Shown in pieces: positions 32,916 to 43,041 of a stretch of DNA of 64,000 nucleotides. This DNA is from Dehalococcoidia bacterium (GTDB lineage Bacteria > Chloroflexota > Dehalococcoidia > Plut-88900). Below the pieces are notes generated by a model that saw nothing but the letters and a program-made list of their open reading frames with translations, did not search any database and was not told where the DNA came from. The number at the start of each line of letters is the position of its first letter. Within the stretch, counting starts at the first letter, position 1. Position numbers and translations under genes: made by a program. The DNA lies in NCBI GenBank assembly GCA_965249275.1, contig CBDFLQ010000007.1, positions 1,030,395 through 1,094,394 of the forward strand. The letters are read 5' to 3'.

Positions 32916-33719
32916 ATGAGATTGAAGGACAAGGTGGCGTTGGTAACGGGCAGCAGCAAGGGTATTGGTAGAGGTATCGCCATTCGCTTCGCCGAGGAGG
33001 GAGCGGCAGTAGTGTTAGCAGCACGCACCCAATCGTCCGGCCAGGAGGCGGCAAAGGACATTGTTGAGCGGGGAGGACGTGCGATATATGTCCAAACGGA
33101 CCAATCCAAGAATGCTGACGTAAGAAATGTCATCGGGGCCACGATACAAGAATATGGCAAGCTGGATATATTGGTGAACAATGCGGCTATATTTTATTCA
33201 GGCCCGCTAGCAGACGAAACGGAAGAGATGTGGGACGAAGTCATAGATGTCAACCTAAAGGGGTTATTTCTGTGCACGAAGTATGCTATCCCTGAGATGT
33301 TAAAAGTAGGTGGCGGTTCAATTATTAACATCTCTTCATGTGTGGCAACTTTGGCAGCCACCTTTGACGGAGCCTCCTATACAGCGTCCAAAGCAGGAAT
33401 AGTCGGCCTTACTAAAAAGACCGCGGTGGACTATGCCAGGTTTAACATTAGAGTTAATTGTATTCTGCCAGGAGTCATCGCTACAGAAATGGCGGGAACT
33501 CCTGATGAGACCATCGCTTACGCCGAAGTGCAACAAGACTTGTCGAGAAGACAACCCATCCGCAGGGTGGGGGTACCGACGGACATAGCCAATGCTGCAC
33601 TGTTCTTAGCCTGTGAGGAATCCTCTTTTGTGACTGGGGCCTCGCTTCCGGTAGATGGCGGATCGACGGTTTACAGCAATTTTGGTCAGGAAGACCCACT
33701 GCCGGACTACAAACATTAG
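32916..33719 (+). CDS. SDR family oxidoreductase
   Basis: TGSSKGIG, NNAA, YTASK; AGGAGG before ATG32916. Confidence 0.94.
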   Translation: MRLKDKVALVTGSSKGIGRGIAIRFAEEGAAVVLAARTQSSGQEAAKDIVERGGRAIYVQTDQSKNADVRNVIGATIQEYGKLDILVNNAAIFYSGPLADETEEMWDEVIDVNLKGLFLCTKYAIPEMLKVGGGSIINISSCVATLAATFDGASYTASKAGIVGLTKKTAVDYARFNIRVNCILPGVIATEMAGTPDETIAYAEVQQDLSRRQPIRRVGVPTDIANAALFLACEESSFVTGASLPVDGGSTVYSNFGQEDPLPDYKH

Positions 33720-34869
33720 TAGGTAGTCCTCCAGTTCCATTAGTTCTTTATCTTGTGGTGTTCGATACCCTGGCCATCCACCATAAAATGATCCGGCACG
33801 GGAGTGAGTCTTCGGGAATAATCTGGAGCAAAACCTATTAGCGGGCTCACTCCCCTTAGCATCCCAACTCAGTGTCTCGATGATCTGCGAACTGCACTGA
33901 AGAGTTCATGCAAGGCCCATCCTGGTTAGTGGGCTCTCCACTGTACGTAGTAGGCATAGTCGTCATTATGCGGCTTGACCATAATATCTACGTCAGACTC
34001 TTGTAGCTTCATCAGGCCAGTCACATCTCGAAGATGGGTCTGTCTACCGGCAATAACCGTTTGCGGCCTATGAGGCGACTACTTAGATTGACACGACCCA
34101 CCGAAAAGTTCGCAGTACAATACGCTTAGATGTACCTGACCAGACCCGAACCTCTAATCAAGGCCCTACGCGACCGACACTTAAATGCGTTCCGCAAGCC
34201 AGATTCAGTCACTCCGGTCATAGTCATTGGAGAAGGCGTGTTACCATACATTGCGAGGTGATCTTCAGGGAGCGTTACCTTCGACCTATAAGTGTGGTAA
34301 GCGTTGTGGGAATGGGCACTAAATTGCAGGTATTCCGTAGCTAACTCCTAATCCCACTCCCTCCGCCACTATCCCCTTATATCTTTGGCCCACTTCTTCT
34401 TCCTTGACTTTACGGTAAGCTGTATCCTATTGAGGGGCACCTTTCCCTTTGTTGTGGGCCAAGTACTGCCTTTGCTACTCCCGAGGGGCTCGCACTTTCG
34501 GCCATTAACTTTCCCTCCGAAGTCAAAGGCTGACATCCAAATTCAAAAAGAGACCCTGAATGCTGGGCGCAGCATCAACTCGCATTACCTTTTCAAAGGT
34601 GGAGAGGCACCCGGGCGGTAAGCCATGGGGACCCGTCATAGCCCGAACATATCCATTGACAAGTCTAAGAACTTCGAAGAGAAACCAGGTTAACCTCAGG
34701 CAAAGGCGTACTCAGTTGCCCGTAGCGCTTCGCATGAACACCACGCTGACGGTCAAGTCCTCCTGAGTACTGCTGTTGTTGCCCTTTTTCAGGAAAACGT
34801 ATGACCGTGATCGGCAGGGGTGATGTGGACCTGGCCTTCCCCTCCTTACCCACCAGTTAGTCGTATGAA

Positions 34870-36162
34870 ATGGACCGACTAACTGGACTCCCTCCCAAGC
34901 CCGGCCACCGCGTTTACTATGGATGGTTCATAGTCGGGGCGGCAGGGTTGGTCATATTTTGCACCGGACCGGGCCAGTCTTATGTTTTCTCAGTATTCAT
35001 TGATTCCATAATCGAAGATACGAGGCTGTCCCGCACCGGAATTTCGATTCTGTACACCGCCAGCACCGTAGTAAGCGCCGTCCTGGTCACATTCGTGAGC
35101 CGCCTTGCTGACCGTTACGGGCCGAGAATAATGTTGGCAGCCGCCGGACTGGGACTCGGTGCAGTGTGCTTCGGTATGGCTACCGCCACCAACATTCTCA
35201 TCTTCTTCATCGTTTTCGCTGGTTTGCGTGCTCTGGGCCAGGGCTCGTTAAGCATCAACTGCATCCTGCTGGTGAACCAATGGTTCGTCTCGCGGCGAGG
35301 CCAGGCCATCGGCCTGATGCCCCTGGGAGCGGTGATCTCCACCGCTCTTTTGCCGCCGTTTGTCAGAATTCTGATTGACAGCATCGGCTGGCGCGGGGCT
35401 TACGCTGTACTTGGCGTGGCTGTAATTGCACTGATTGTTCCCATGGTGTTATTGATCGTCAGAAACCGGACCGAAGACGTAGGGTTGTTCCCGGATGGCT
35501 TGTCACACCCACCCGTCTCAGAGACCAGGCCAGGGATGGCCAGAGTCCGTAGGGATACCAGTGTTTACAGGTCCCCCAGTTTCTGGCTACTGGCCTTGTC
35601 GCTGAGCTCGCCGAGCCTCGTTACAACGGCGCTGATCTTCCACCAGACATCCATCTTCCAAGAGAACGGGCTGAGTGCAACCCTTGCGGCGGGAGTCTTT
35701 ACGATTTACTCTGCCGCGTCCGCGGTCAGCTCGCTGGCGACTGGGTTCGCAGCGGATCGAGTCGGCCCCAAGGCCCTCCTTGTTTTCTCGATGGCGACCC
35801 TGTTAGCGACCTTGGCACTGGCTGCAGTATTCGACTCGATGTTCGTGGCAATGGTCTATGTATTGATGATGGGTGTCTCCGGAGGGTCCTACACCATAGT
35901 CCATGGCACGATCTGGGCTCACTACTACGGCCGTATCGGATTAGGCCGGATTCAGGGGCCGGCGATGACCATTTCCATTTGCGCCTCGGCGGTTGGCCCC
36001 CTGCCCTTAGCGGTGTTTCACAGCCTGACCAGTACTTATAACCTTGGCATCATGGTGATGATGGTCCTGCCAGTGTTGTCGGTGGCTGTCCTGTTTTTCG
36101 TCCGACCCGGCGGGGCAAGCCATTCGGAACGGCTCAAGATGAATGTACCTCAATCGTCGTAG
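34870..36162 (+). CDS. MFS transporter
   Basis: About 12 hydrophobic segments, YYGW, LADRYGPR and ADRVGPK loop motifs. Confidence 0.92.
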   Translation: MDRLTGLPPKPGHRVYYGWFIVGAAGLVIFCTGPGQSYVFSVFIDSIIEDTRLSRTGISILYTASTVVSAVLVTFVSRLADRYGPRIMLAAAGLGLGAVCFGMATATNILIFFIVFAGLRALGQGSLSINCILLVNQWFVSRRGQAIGLMPLGAVISTALLPPFVRILIDSIGWRGAYAVLGVAVIALIVPMVLLIVRNRTEDVGLFPDGLSHPPVSETRPGMARVRRDTSVYRSPSFWLLALSLSSPSLVTTALIFHQTSIFQENGLSATLAAGVFTIYSAASAVSSLATGFAADRVGPKALLVFSMATLLATLALAAVFDSMFVAMVYVLMMGVSGGSYTIVHGTIWAHYYGRIGLGRIQGPAMTISICASAVGPLPLAVFHSLTSTYNLGIMVMMVLPVLSVAVLFFVRPGGASHSERLKMNVPQSS

Positions 36163-36597
36163 GCGTACTTAAGACTACCGATTACATTACGGAATTCCGG
36201 AAGGACTCAGAATGAAGTCGGGGGCCGAGTATGGCCCTGGTTCTTGGTCCTACGCTACGCTCTATAACTCCAGAGTGTAGGGAGCGGGGTAACAGTTTAG
36301 CCCCCGGGCTCTGGGGCGCTGAATGCCTTATAGGGACAGCCACATCTCGAAAACAGCGCTGCTCACCGACAAATCAGGCTTACCTGAAAGGATTCGAACC
36401 GCAAGGGTGTTACATGATCTCCGAGGTGTTTCCCAAATGGAAATCTCGCACCGAAAAGGCAGCGGTATAGCCCAACATGGTTCACCTATTTGCAACTCTA
36501 CACATTGCCGAGTGGACGATCCCCTTGTTTTCGATGAAAATTCAACTATGGCTCGACCTTCACTTCTATCGAACGATTTGTAGGACGTACTGAACCA

Positions 36598-36790
36598 TTG
36601 GATGTGACAACGTTCATCCGACGCATGCCCAAGGCGGAGCTCCACGTTCACCTGGAGTCTACAATGGAGCCTGCCCTGCGGTTGGAGCTTGCCAGGCGCA
36701 ACGGCGTGGATTTTCCGTACCGCACGTCGGAAGAGATGGCGGCCACTTATGTCTACCCCGACATCATGATGTGGTTTGTCATACTCAACG
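36598..36790 (+). pseudogene. Adenosine/adenine deaminase family N-terminal remnant
   Basis: FIRRMPKAELHVHLESTMEP..LELARRNG; similarity ends after about 55 aa. Confidence 0.8.
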
Positions 36791-37144
36791 GGAGATCTGA
36801 CGGCAATGCTCGAGAGGGGCGATGCGGGGCTGTTAACTGGAGACTCGGCGCTGTCTGCCAAATGCGAGTCGTGTGAGGCCGCGGAGGCTGCGGGTGAGTC
36901 AAGGGTGCAGGGCAGCGCGGGTGGAGGAATAAGGCTTCCGCAAATTATGGTGCCAAGCGCTCGAGATGGGGGCGGTGATGGGGTCGTTTGTGAGTGGTGA
37001 CGCCTGTAAACTAACGTGAAGTGCCGAACGCGCTGATGGTTTGCGCCATTCAGTCGGGAATGCGGCCATCGCAAACTATTAAAGGTCATTCTGTATTCCC
37101 AACGACATTCGCTCCAGAATAGAGACTTCTCCAAAGCCGGGTGT

Positions 37145-38002
37145 ATGAACGTTAGACGCTTCGCCAGCAATCCGATTATCCATCTCGGTTCACACGCTGG
37201 TCTGAGTGGCAACGTAAACGGGCCCTCCCTCATCCAAGCCCCTGGTTGGATCGATCGACCCTTGGGCAGGTACTACCTCTATTTTGCCCATCATCAGGGT
37301 GACTACATCCGTCTCGCCTACTCGGACAGCTTGGAGGGGCCGTGGAGGGTCTACCAGCCGGGTACCCTGCGTCTGGAGCAGTCCTATTGCTATAACCACA
37401 TCGCCTCCCCGGACGTACACGTGGATGAGACCAGCCGACAGGTCCGCATGTACTATCATGGATGGGTCGGTGAAGAGGTACAGAGGACCAAGGTGGCCCT
37501 CTCCGATTACGGAATCAGGTTCAAAGCACGAGCCGGTAACCTCGGAGAGCCCTACTTCCGGTTGTTCCGCTGGGGAGATTACTTCTATGCCCTCGCCATG
37601 CCTGGAATCTTCTACCGGTCTAAGGACGGCCTGACAGGGTTCGAGAAGGGACCAACGCTGTTCACTTCGGATATGCGCCACTCGGCGGTGCGAGTTGTGG
37701 GCAACGAGGAGGAGGTCTACTACACCAACGCCTACGCCCAGCCCGAACGAATCCTTCGCTCCCGAATCGACCTCAGCCGGGACTGGACTCGGTGGACCGC
37801 TTCCGAGCCTGAGGTGGTGCTGGAACCTGAAATGAAGTACGAGGGTGTAGATCTGCCTCAGGCGCCTTCCGCAAGAGGCGCCGTCATGGAGCCGGTGCGT
37901 CAGTTGAGAGACCCGGCGATCTACTAGGCAGGCGAGGTCGTTTACCTGCTGTATTCGGTCGCAGGTGAACAGGGCATAGCGATAGCTGAGCTGCTCCAGT
38001 AA
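37145..38002 (+). pseudogene. Glycoside-hydrolase-like beta-propeller protein with in-frame TAG at 37925
   Basis: NPII, NGPSLI, YYLYFAHH, ASPDVH, LRDPAIY*AGEVVYLLYSVAGEQGIAIAEL; the frame continues 24 codons to TAA38000. Confidence 0.7.
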
Positions 38003-38074
38003 AGGGTCCACCAGGTGGGCCCGAGGGATGGGTTAGGCGGCAGCTAGGCTCTTCGTTACGGAAACAAAGGGGAG

Positions 38075-39481
38075 TTGATAGTGGAGTTTGAACGAATAGT
38101 CAAGGACGGAGTCGTGGTGACTTCCAGCCACACCTTCAAGGCCGATATCGGGATCACGGGCGAAAAAATCACAGCTGTGGGCCCGGGGTTGCCCATAGAA
38201 GGCGCGGAAGTGATGTCTGCCGATAACTGTCTCGTGCTTCCGGGCTGTATCGACGTCCACACCCACCTCGACGATGCTTACGATGGCCTTCGTACCTCAG
38301 ACGACTTCGAAAGCGGGACAATCGCTGCGGCCTGGGGCGGAACTACGACCATTATTGACTTTGCGACACAACTAAGGGGACAGAGACTTCAAGAGGGACT
38401 GGATGCTTGGCACGAGAAGGCGGAATCCCGAGCGGCCATAGACTATGCATTCCATCTTATTGTCAGTGAGCTTTCACAGAACCAGCTCGGCGATGTGAAC
38501 GGGTTGGTATCAAACGAAGGCGTGACGAGCTTCAAGCTGTTTATGGCGTATCCCGGGACCTTCATGCTGGACGATGCGGCTATCCTCAAGATGCTGCTCC
38601 AGACCAAGGAAACCGGGGCACTGGTCTGTATACATGCGGAAAACGGCGGCATAATCGATGTCCTTGTAAATCAGGCTCTCGCCGACGGTCACTTCGAACC
38701 GAAGTACCACGCCGCTACCAGGCCGATGAGCACCGAAGTAGAAGCTACGCGCAGGGCAATCCTACTTGCGGAGATAGCCGGAGTGCCTATCTACATTGTC
38801 CACCTCTCGGCGGCGGGTGCTCTAGAGGAGGTCAGGGAGGCCCGAGCACGCGGCCTGCCTGTATATGCCGAGACCTGCCCCCAATACCTCTTTCTTTCTG
38901 AGAGAGAATACGAGCGGCCCGGCTTTGATGGCGCAAAATACGTGATGGCCCCACCGCTTCGCCCCCTGGGGAATGAAGGGGAGCTTTGGAAAGGTCTAGC
39001 CAGTGAGGACCTGCAAATTGTTTCAACAGACCATTCTTCATTCTGTTTCCACGATCCTCGGGGCAAGAGGCTGGGCCTAGACAACTTTTCCAGCATACCT
39101 TTCGGGGCGCCAGGCATCGAAAACAGGCTTGAGCTGATGCACCAAGGTGTCAACCAGGACAAGATAACTTTGAACCGTCTGGTCGACATTCTGGCCACTA
39201 CGCCGGCCAAGACGTTTGGTCTTTATCCGCGGAAGGGAACCATACAGGCCGACAGTGACGCCGACTTAGTTATCTTCGACCCAACTAAGAAAAAACTGAT
39301 AAGCAGTGATACCCATCACATGCAAGTTGACTACAACCCATATGAAGGCTTCGAAATCACCGGCGCGGTGAAAACGGTTTTTCTTCGGGGAGAGACTATA
39401 GTTGCGGATGACAAGTTCCTGGGGAGGCCTGGCAATGGAAGGTTCATCAAAAGAGTTCCGGTAGATCTGAACAACAGATGA
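38075..39481 (+). CDS. hydA: Dihydropyrimidinase / D-hydantoinase
   Basis: PGCIDVHTH, GGTTTIIDF, TSFKLFMAY, HAENG, ETCPQYL, STDH. Confidence 0.93.
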   Translation: MIVEFERIVKDGVVVTSSHTFKADIGITGEKITAVGPGLPIEGAEVMSADNCLVLPGCIDVHTHLDDAYDGLRTSDDFESGTIAAAWGGTTTIIDFATQLRGQRLQEGLDAWHEKAESRAAIDYAFHLIVSELSQNQLGDVNGLVSNEGVTSFKLFMAYPGTFMLDDAAILKMLLQTKETGALVCIHAENGGIIDVLVNQALADGHFEPKYHAATRPMSTEVEATRRAILLAEIAGVPIYIVHLSAAGALEEVREARARGLPVYAETCPQYLFLSEREYERPGFDGAKYVMAPPLRPLGNEGELWKGLASEDLQIVSTDHSSFCFHDPRGKRLGLDNFSSIPFGAPGIENRLELMHQGVNQDKITLNRLVDILATTPAKTFGLYPRKGTIQADSDADLVIFDPTKKKLISSDTHHMQVDYNPYEGFEITGAVKTVFLRGETIVADDKFLGRPGNGRFIKRVPVDLNNR

Positions 39482-39506
39482 TCAACCAGGGATTCGGGAG
39501 CATAGG

Positions 39507-40292
39507 CTATCCGGGACCATTCAACGCTCCGTACTCGGTCATGGTGTTGCCGCCATCTACCATGAATGTAGCTCCCGTGACGAAGCTTGCCTCGTCAGAG
39601 GCCAAGAAGACTACCATTGGAGCGACATCCATGGGCATGCCAACCCTTGGAAGAGGTTGGCGGCGCAGCCGGTCACTGATGACGTCAGGCTGCTGCCAGT
39701 ATTCGTCCGGGGCGTCGCCAATCATGGCGATGTCTCCAGGGACTATGCTATTGACCCGAATGCTCTCACTACCGTAGTCCAACGCGGCTTTTTTGGTAAG
39801 CATTATCACGCCACCCTTGGAGGCGTGGTACGCCACCCCTCCCCGGTGGCTGGCGGCCACCCCCCAGATCGACGAGTTGTTGATGATAGAGCCGCCGCCG
39901 TTCTTAATCATGGCGGGAACCGCATATTTAATGCCCAGAAAAACCCCCTTGAGGTTGATGTTTATGCAGCGGTCCCAGTCCTCTTCCGGCTCGTCGGCCA
40001 ATTTGCCCCAAGTAACGATACCGGCATTGTTGAAAAGCACGTCCAGCTTGCCGTAGGAATCGACAGCCGTGGCGATCATTCGTTGGACATCTCCAGAATC
40101 CGAGACATCAGTCCGGACAAAGGTGGCCTGTCCTCCGTCTGATCGAATCTCTCCAATCAGAGACTCTCCAGCTTCGGCGGTGCGGCCGGCAGCCACTACC
40201 TTTGCTCCCTCGCGAGCGAATAGCTGGGCGGTAGCCCGTCCGATGCCAAAGGTGGCGCCGGTAATGATCGCTACTTTACCTTCCAGTCTCAT
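39507..40292 (-). CDS. SDR family oxidoreductase
   Basis: TGATFGIG, NNAG, YHASK. Confidence 0.94.
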   Translation of the reverse strand: MRLEGKVAIITGATFGIGRATAQLFAREGAKVVAAGRTAEAGESLIGEIRSDGGQATFVRTDVSDSGDVQRMIATAVDSYGKLDVLFNNAGIVTWGKLADEPEEDWDRCININLKGVFLGIKYAVPAMIKNGGGSIINNSSIWGVAASHRGGVAYHASKGGVIMLTKKAALDYGSESIRVNSIVPGDIAMIGDAPDEYWQQPDVISDRLRRQPLPRVGMPMDVAPMVVFLASDEASFVTGATFMVDGGNTMTEYGALNGPG

Positions 40293-40319
40293 AGCTTCTT
40301 TCCAACTACAGAACAATCC

Positions 40320-40763
40320 TCAACGGGCGGCCAGGAACTCCAACTCCACGAGAAATTCGGGCCTGAAGAGCCCGTCTACAATCTTCAGGGTTCCCGCCGC
40401 GGGCCGAGGGTCTACATCCTCGAAGAATTCTTCCCAGACCTGCATGATTCCTGCTTCATTCCTTGCATAGTCGGCGTCTTTGGTAACGCAGATGTCGATC
40501 CTGATGACATCCGATAGGCTCCATCCTTTTTGCTCCAGTAGTGCCTCGGCTTGTTCGAATATGCCCCTCGTCTGTCCTACCGGGTCTCCGGGATGTAAAC
40601 AGTTGTCTTCGGCATCGCCGTCCACCCTTCCGGTGAGCACGAACAACTCAGAAAAATCAGAAACTATGAGCCCCCAGTTGAAATGGTGGCTGCTGTCCGG
40701 TGCGACTTTAGAATGTACGGCTTCTTTCTTGGCCAAGGCTCTCCTCTCCAGCCAGGTCGTCAA
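40320..40763 (-). CDS. RidA/YjgF family protein
   Basis: GQTRGIFE, LSDVIRI, PRPA, LVELE. Confidence 0.85.
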   Translation of the reverse strand: MTTWLERRALAKKEAVHSKVAPDSSHHFNWGLIVSDFSELFVLTGRVDGDAEDNCLHPGDPVGQTRGIFEQAEALLEQKGWSLSDVIRIDICVTKDADYARNEAGIMQVWEEFFEDVDPRPAAGTLKIVDGLFRPEFLVELEFLAAR

Positions 40764-40806
40764 TTTAGAATGATGTCTTCCTTCAGATGTCTCGAAGTCT
40801 CAACCC

Positions 40807-42315
40807 TTAGTCCCACCCCATTCCCCTTTGCAGTGCGTCAGCAACCTTGATTAGCAGCCCGTCTTCAAAGTGTTTGGCAACGAGCATCAACCCCACGGGC
40901 AAGCCTTTCACTTTCGCACAGGGAAGCGAGATGGCAGGATGCCCCGAGGCATTAAACGGGGCGCAATTCTTGGAGACCACTGCACCGCGGTCAATCCTGG
41001 TTACCCAATCTTGGTCAGGATCGTACTTGAAGGGCAGGGTTGGGACCGTAGGCATCGCAATGAGGTCCACCTCCGAAAGCATGTCGTCATATGCCTTCCT
41101 CAAAGCAGGCCTGAGGTTCTGAGATTTGGCGTAGGCCCAGCCTCCGTAACGCTCGCGGAGGTAGCTGCCCAATAGCAGGGTCAACTTTACATCGGGCGGA
41201 AGACTGTTCGCCCTGGACTCTAGTCCCTCCCTTATTGCAGTGCCCAGCCCAGAGTCATAGTAGCCCAGGTGGTTGTAGCCGAGCCCCCACGTCTGGAGAA
41301 GAGCGGCCGCACCTTCGGGGATCACCCCTCGGTATATAGCCAGTGAGCTCAGGTGATACGGTATGGAGACATCCGTGGTCTCGACTCCCAGGCTGGCCAC
41401 ATCCACCAATGCGCTGCGAACGGCTTCGTCAACCTCCTCTTCCGAGTCTTCCGCGCCGAAACCCTCCTTTACAATGCCTATCCGCACCCCGGCTACATCC
41501 TGGCCTAAAAAATCGGTATAGTCATGACGTGGAACAAATCCCTGTCTCTGGTCCAAGGGGTCTTTCCCGGCGATAACGTCCAACATCTGGGCAACTTTAT
41601 CGACGGAACGGGCCATGGGCCCTACGTGGTCGAAGGTGGTCTCCCCGGATACTATTCCCGTGTAGGGGACGAGACCGAAGGTGGGTTTGAGTCCCACCAC
41701 CCCGCACCAAGCCGCCGGTATCCTGATCGAACCACCCTGATCGCAGCCTAGGGTGACGTCAATGTCGCTGTAGAAAAGCGCGGCGCCTGAACCTGCAGAG
41801 GAGCCGCCTGCCAAATACTCAGTGTTGTGCGGGTTCCGTACCGGGCCGAATACGCTTGTCTCACCGCTGCCCGACCAGGCAAAGTCGTCCATGTTCAGCA
41901 TCGCGACGATGTTTCCACCCTCGTCTAGAATTCGCTGTACTACCGTCGCATCGGTGTCGGGAATATAGTCCGAAAGAAAATGGGACCCGCAGGTCATAGG
42001 CATACCGGATACCGAAATGTTGTCCTTCAGGCCAACCCTGACTCCGGACAGCTTGCCTGCCCCGGAGCCTTTGACCATGCATTTGCGCAGGATAGCGTTG
42101 TAGGGATCTTTGCCGGGGCCGGGCCTTTGCCCGAAGTCCCGGGGTCCCGTAACTGGTGCTGGGACGGCTGAAGACAGCCTGTCAACGGCCTCCAATTCAC
42201 TGAATATACCTTGGAGCAGGAGGTTAAACCCGTCCAACTCCTCTTCCGTCAGGTCAAGGTAGTTCTTGGACGCGGCATCGAGCAAATCTTGCTTTTCTGG
42301 TGGCGAAATGTCCAT
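40807..42315 (-). CDS. Amidase signature family protein
   Basis: LKDNI, NPHN, GGSSAGS, GCDQGGSIRIPA, GLKPT; start taken at MDISPP. Confidence 0.93.
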   Translation of the reverse strand: MDISPPEKQDLLDAASKNYLDLTEEELDGFNLLLQGIFSELEAVDRLSSAVPAPVTGPRDFGQRPGPGKDPYNAILRKCMVKGSGAGKLSGVRVGLKDNISVSGMPMTCGSHFLSDYIPDTDATVVQRILDEGGNIVAMLNMDDFAWSGSGETSVFGPVRNPHNTEYLAGGSSAGSGAALFYSDIDVTLGCDQGGSIRIPAAWCGVVGLKPTFGLVPYTGIVSGETTFDHVGPMARSVDKVAQMLDVIAGKDPLDQRQGFVPRHDYTDFLGQDVAGVRIGIVKEGFGAEDSEEEVDEAVRSALVDVASLGVETTDVSIPYHLSSLAIYRGVIPEGAAALLQTWGLGYNHLGYYDSGLGTAIREGLESRANSLPPDVKLTLLLGSYLRERYGGWAYAKSQNLRPALRKAYDDMLSEVDLIAMPTVPTLPFKYDPDQDWVTRIDRGAVVSKNCAPFNASGHPAISLPCAKVKGLPVGLMLVAKHFEDGLLIKVADALQRGMGWD

Positions 42316-42851
42316 TATTTTTCCGATGGGATATCGGCTTCGACCTTCCATGGCCGGTGGTCGTCATCCTCCACTTCAAAGTCCCAGGCCATTATCCTGT
42401 CGGGCCTGAAGTACATTACTATGCGATTCTCGGAAGTTGCCGCCAGAGTATATTCGGCGTACTTGGTTCCTTCCTCGTACCCGTAGTAATTGATGGCTAT
42501 TCGCCGGTCTAGTTCGGCGGCGCCCTCATCAGTGAACTGGGCCAGGCCTTCCAGGACGACTTCCTTGTACGCCACTTTAGAGGCGTCATCTTTCGTCAAC
42601 CATCGGGCGTCTTCGGTGGCGACGATGGCCAATGAGACCCGCGGGTCTCGACGGGCGTTTTTATACTTGACCCGGGTATCGGTGAGGCTTATGCGGACCA
42701 GATCGTCCTCTTCGTCATACTCGTACCATACGACGGTCAGATGGGGAGTACCGTTCTTTCGCAGCGTACCCAGAACGGCGGGGTTAGGTCGCTTGATAAA
42801 TTCCTTAAGAGGTTCACTCAACTCTCTGACCGACTCTAGCCTCTTTGTCAA
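42315..42851 (-). CDS. PPOX-class (putatively F420-dependent) oxidoreductase
   Basis: GTLRKNGTPHLTVVWY, KYKNARRDPRVSL. Confidence 0.85.
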   Translation of the reverse strand: MTKRLESVRELSEPLKEFIKRPNPAVLGTLRKNGTPHLTVVWYEYDEEDDLVRISLTDTRVKYKNARRDPRVSLAIVATEDARWLTKDDASKVAYKEVVLEGLAQFTDEGAAELDRRIAINYYGYEEGTKYAEYTLAATSENRIVMYFRPDRIMAWDFEVEDDDHRPWKVEADIPSEK

Positions 42852-42938
42852 CGTTCTACTCCGGATGGGTCGTTCCTAGGACTACGCATTTCCAGAAACT
42901 TGCAGCCCTGTTGAGTGGTGGTTTGTCCAGGGATTGAA

Positions 42939-43021
42939 TGCCAAAGGCACGTTGGACACGGGTCCCAGTCTAGCTGATACCGGGACCCGTGCTACAACGT
43001 TTTACCACTTCTGCTTTGGCA
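42939..43021 (-). terminator. Long imperfect stem-loop downstream of the duplicated SBP gene
   Basis: Nested arms tgccaaag/ctttggca, acgttg/caacgt, cacgggtccc/gggacccgtg. Confidence 0.55.
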
Positions 43022-43041
43022 CACCTATTCCTATTTCAAGC

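Noticed and set aside
34598-34715. Glycine-riboswitch-like words (ggagag, cgaag, ctcaggcaaa) upstream of the MFS gene
   Set aside because: Spacing and stems do not fit the aptamer by eye; needs cmscan.
36328-37233. 301-aa minus-strand ORF
   Set aside because: Overlaps plus-strand deaminase and propeller sequences and has no protein-like motifs.
3510-38002. Genome-wide amber recoding suggested by several in-frame TAGs
   Set aside because: Many intact genes end in TAG at their expected C-termini, and the GMC relic has other lesions; decay is the simpler explanation.
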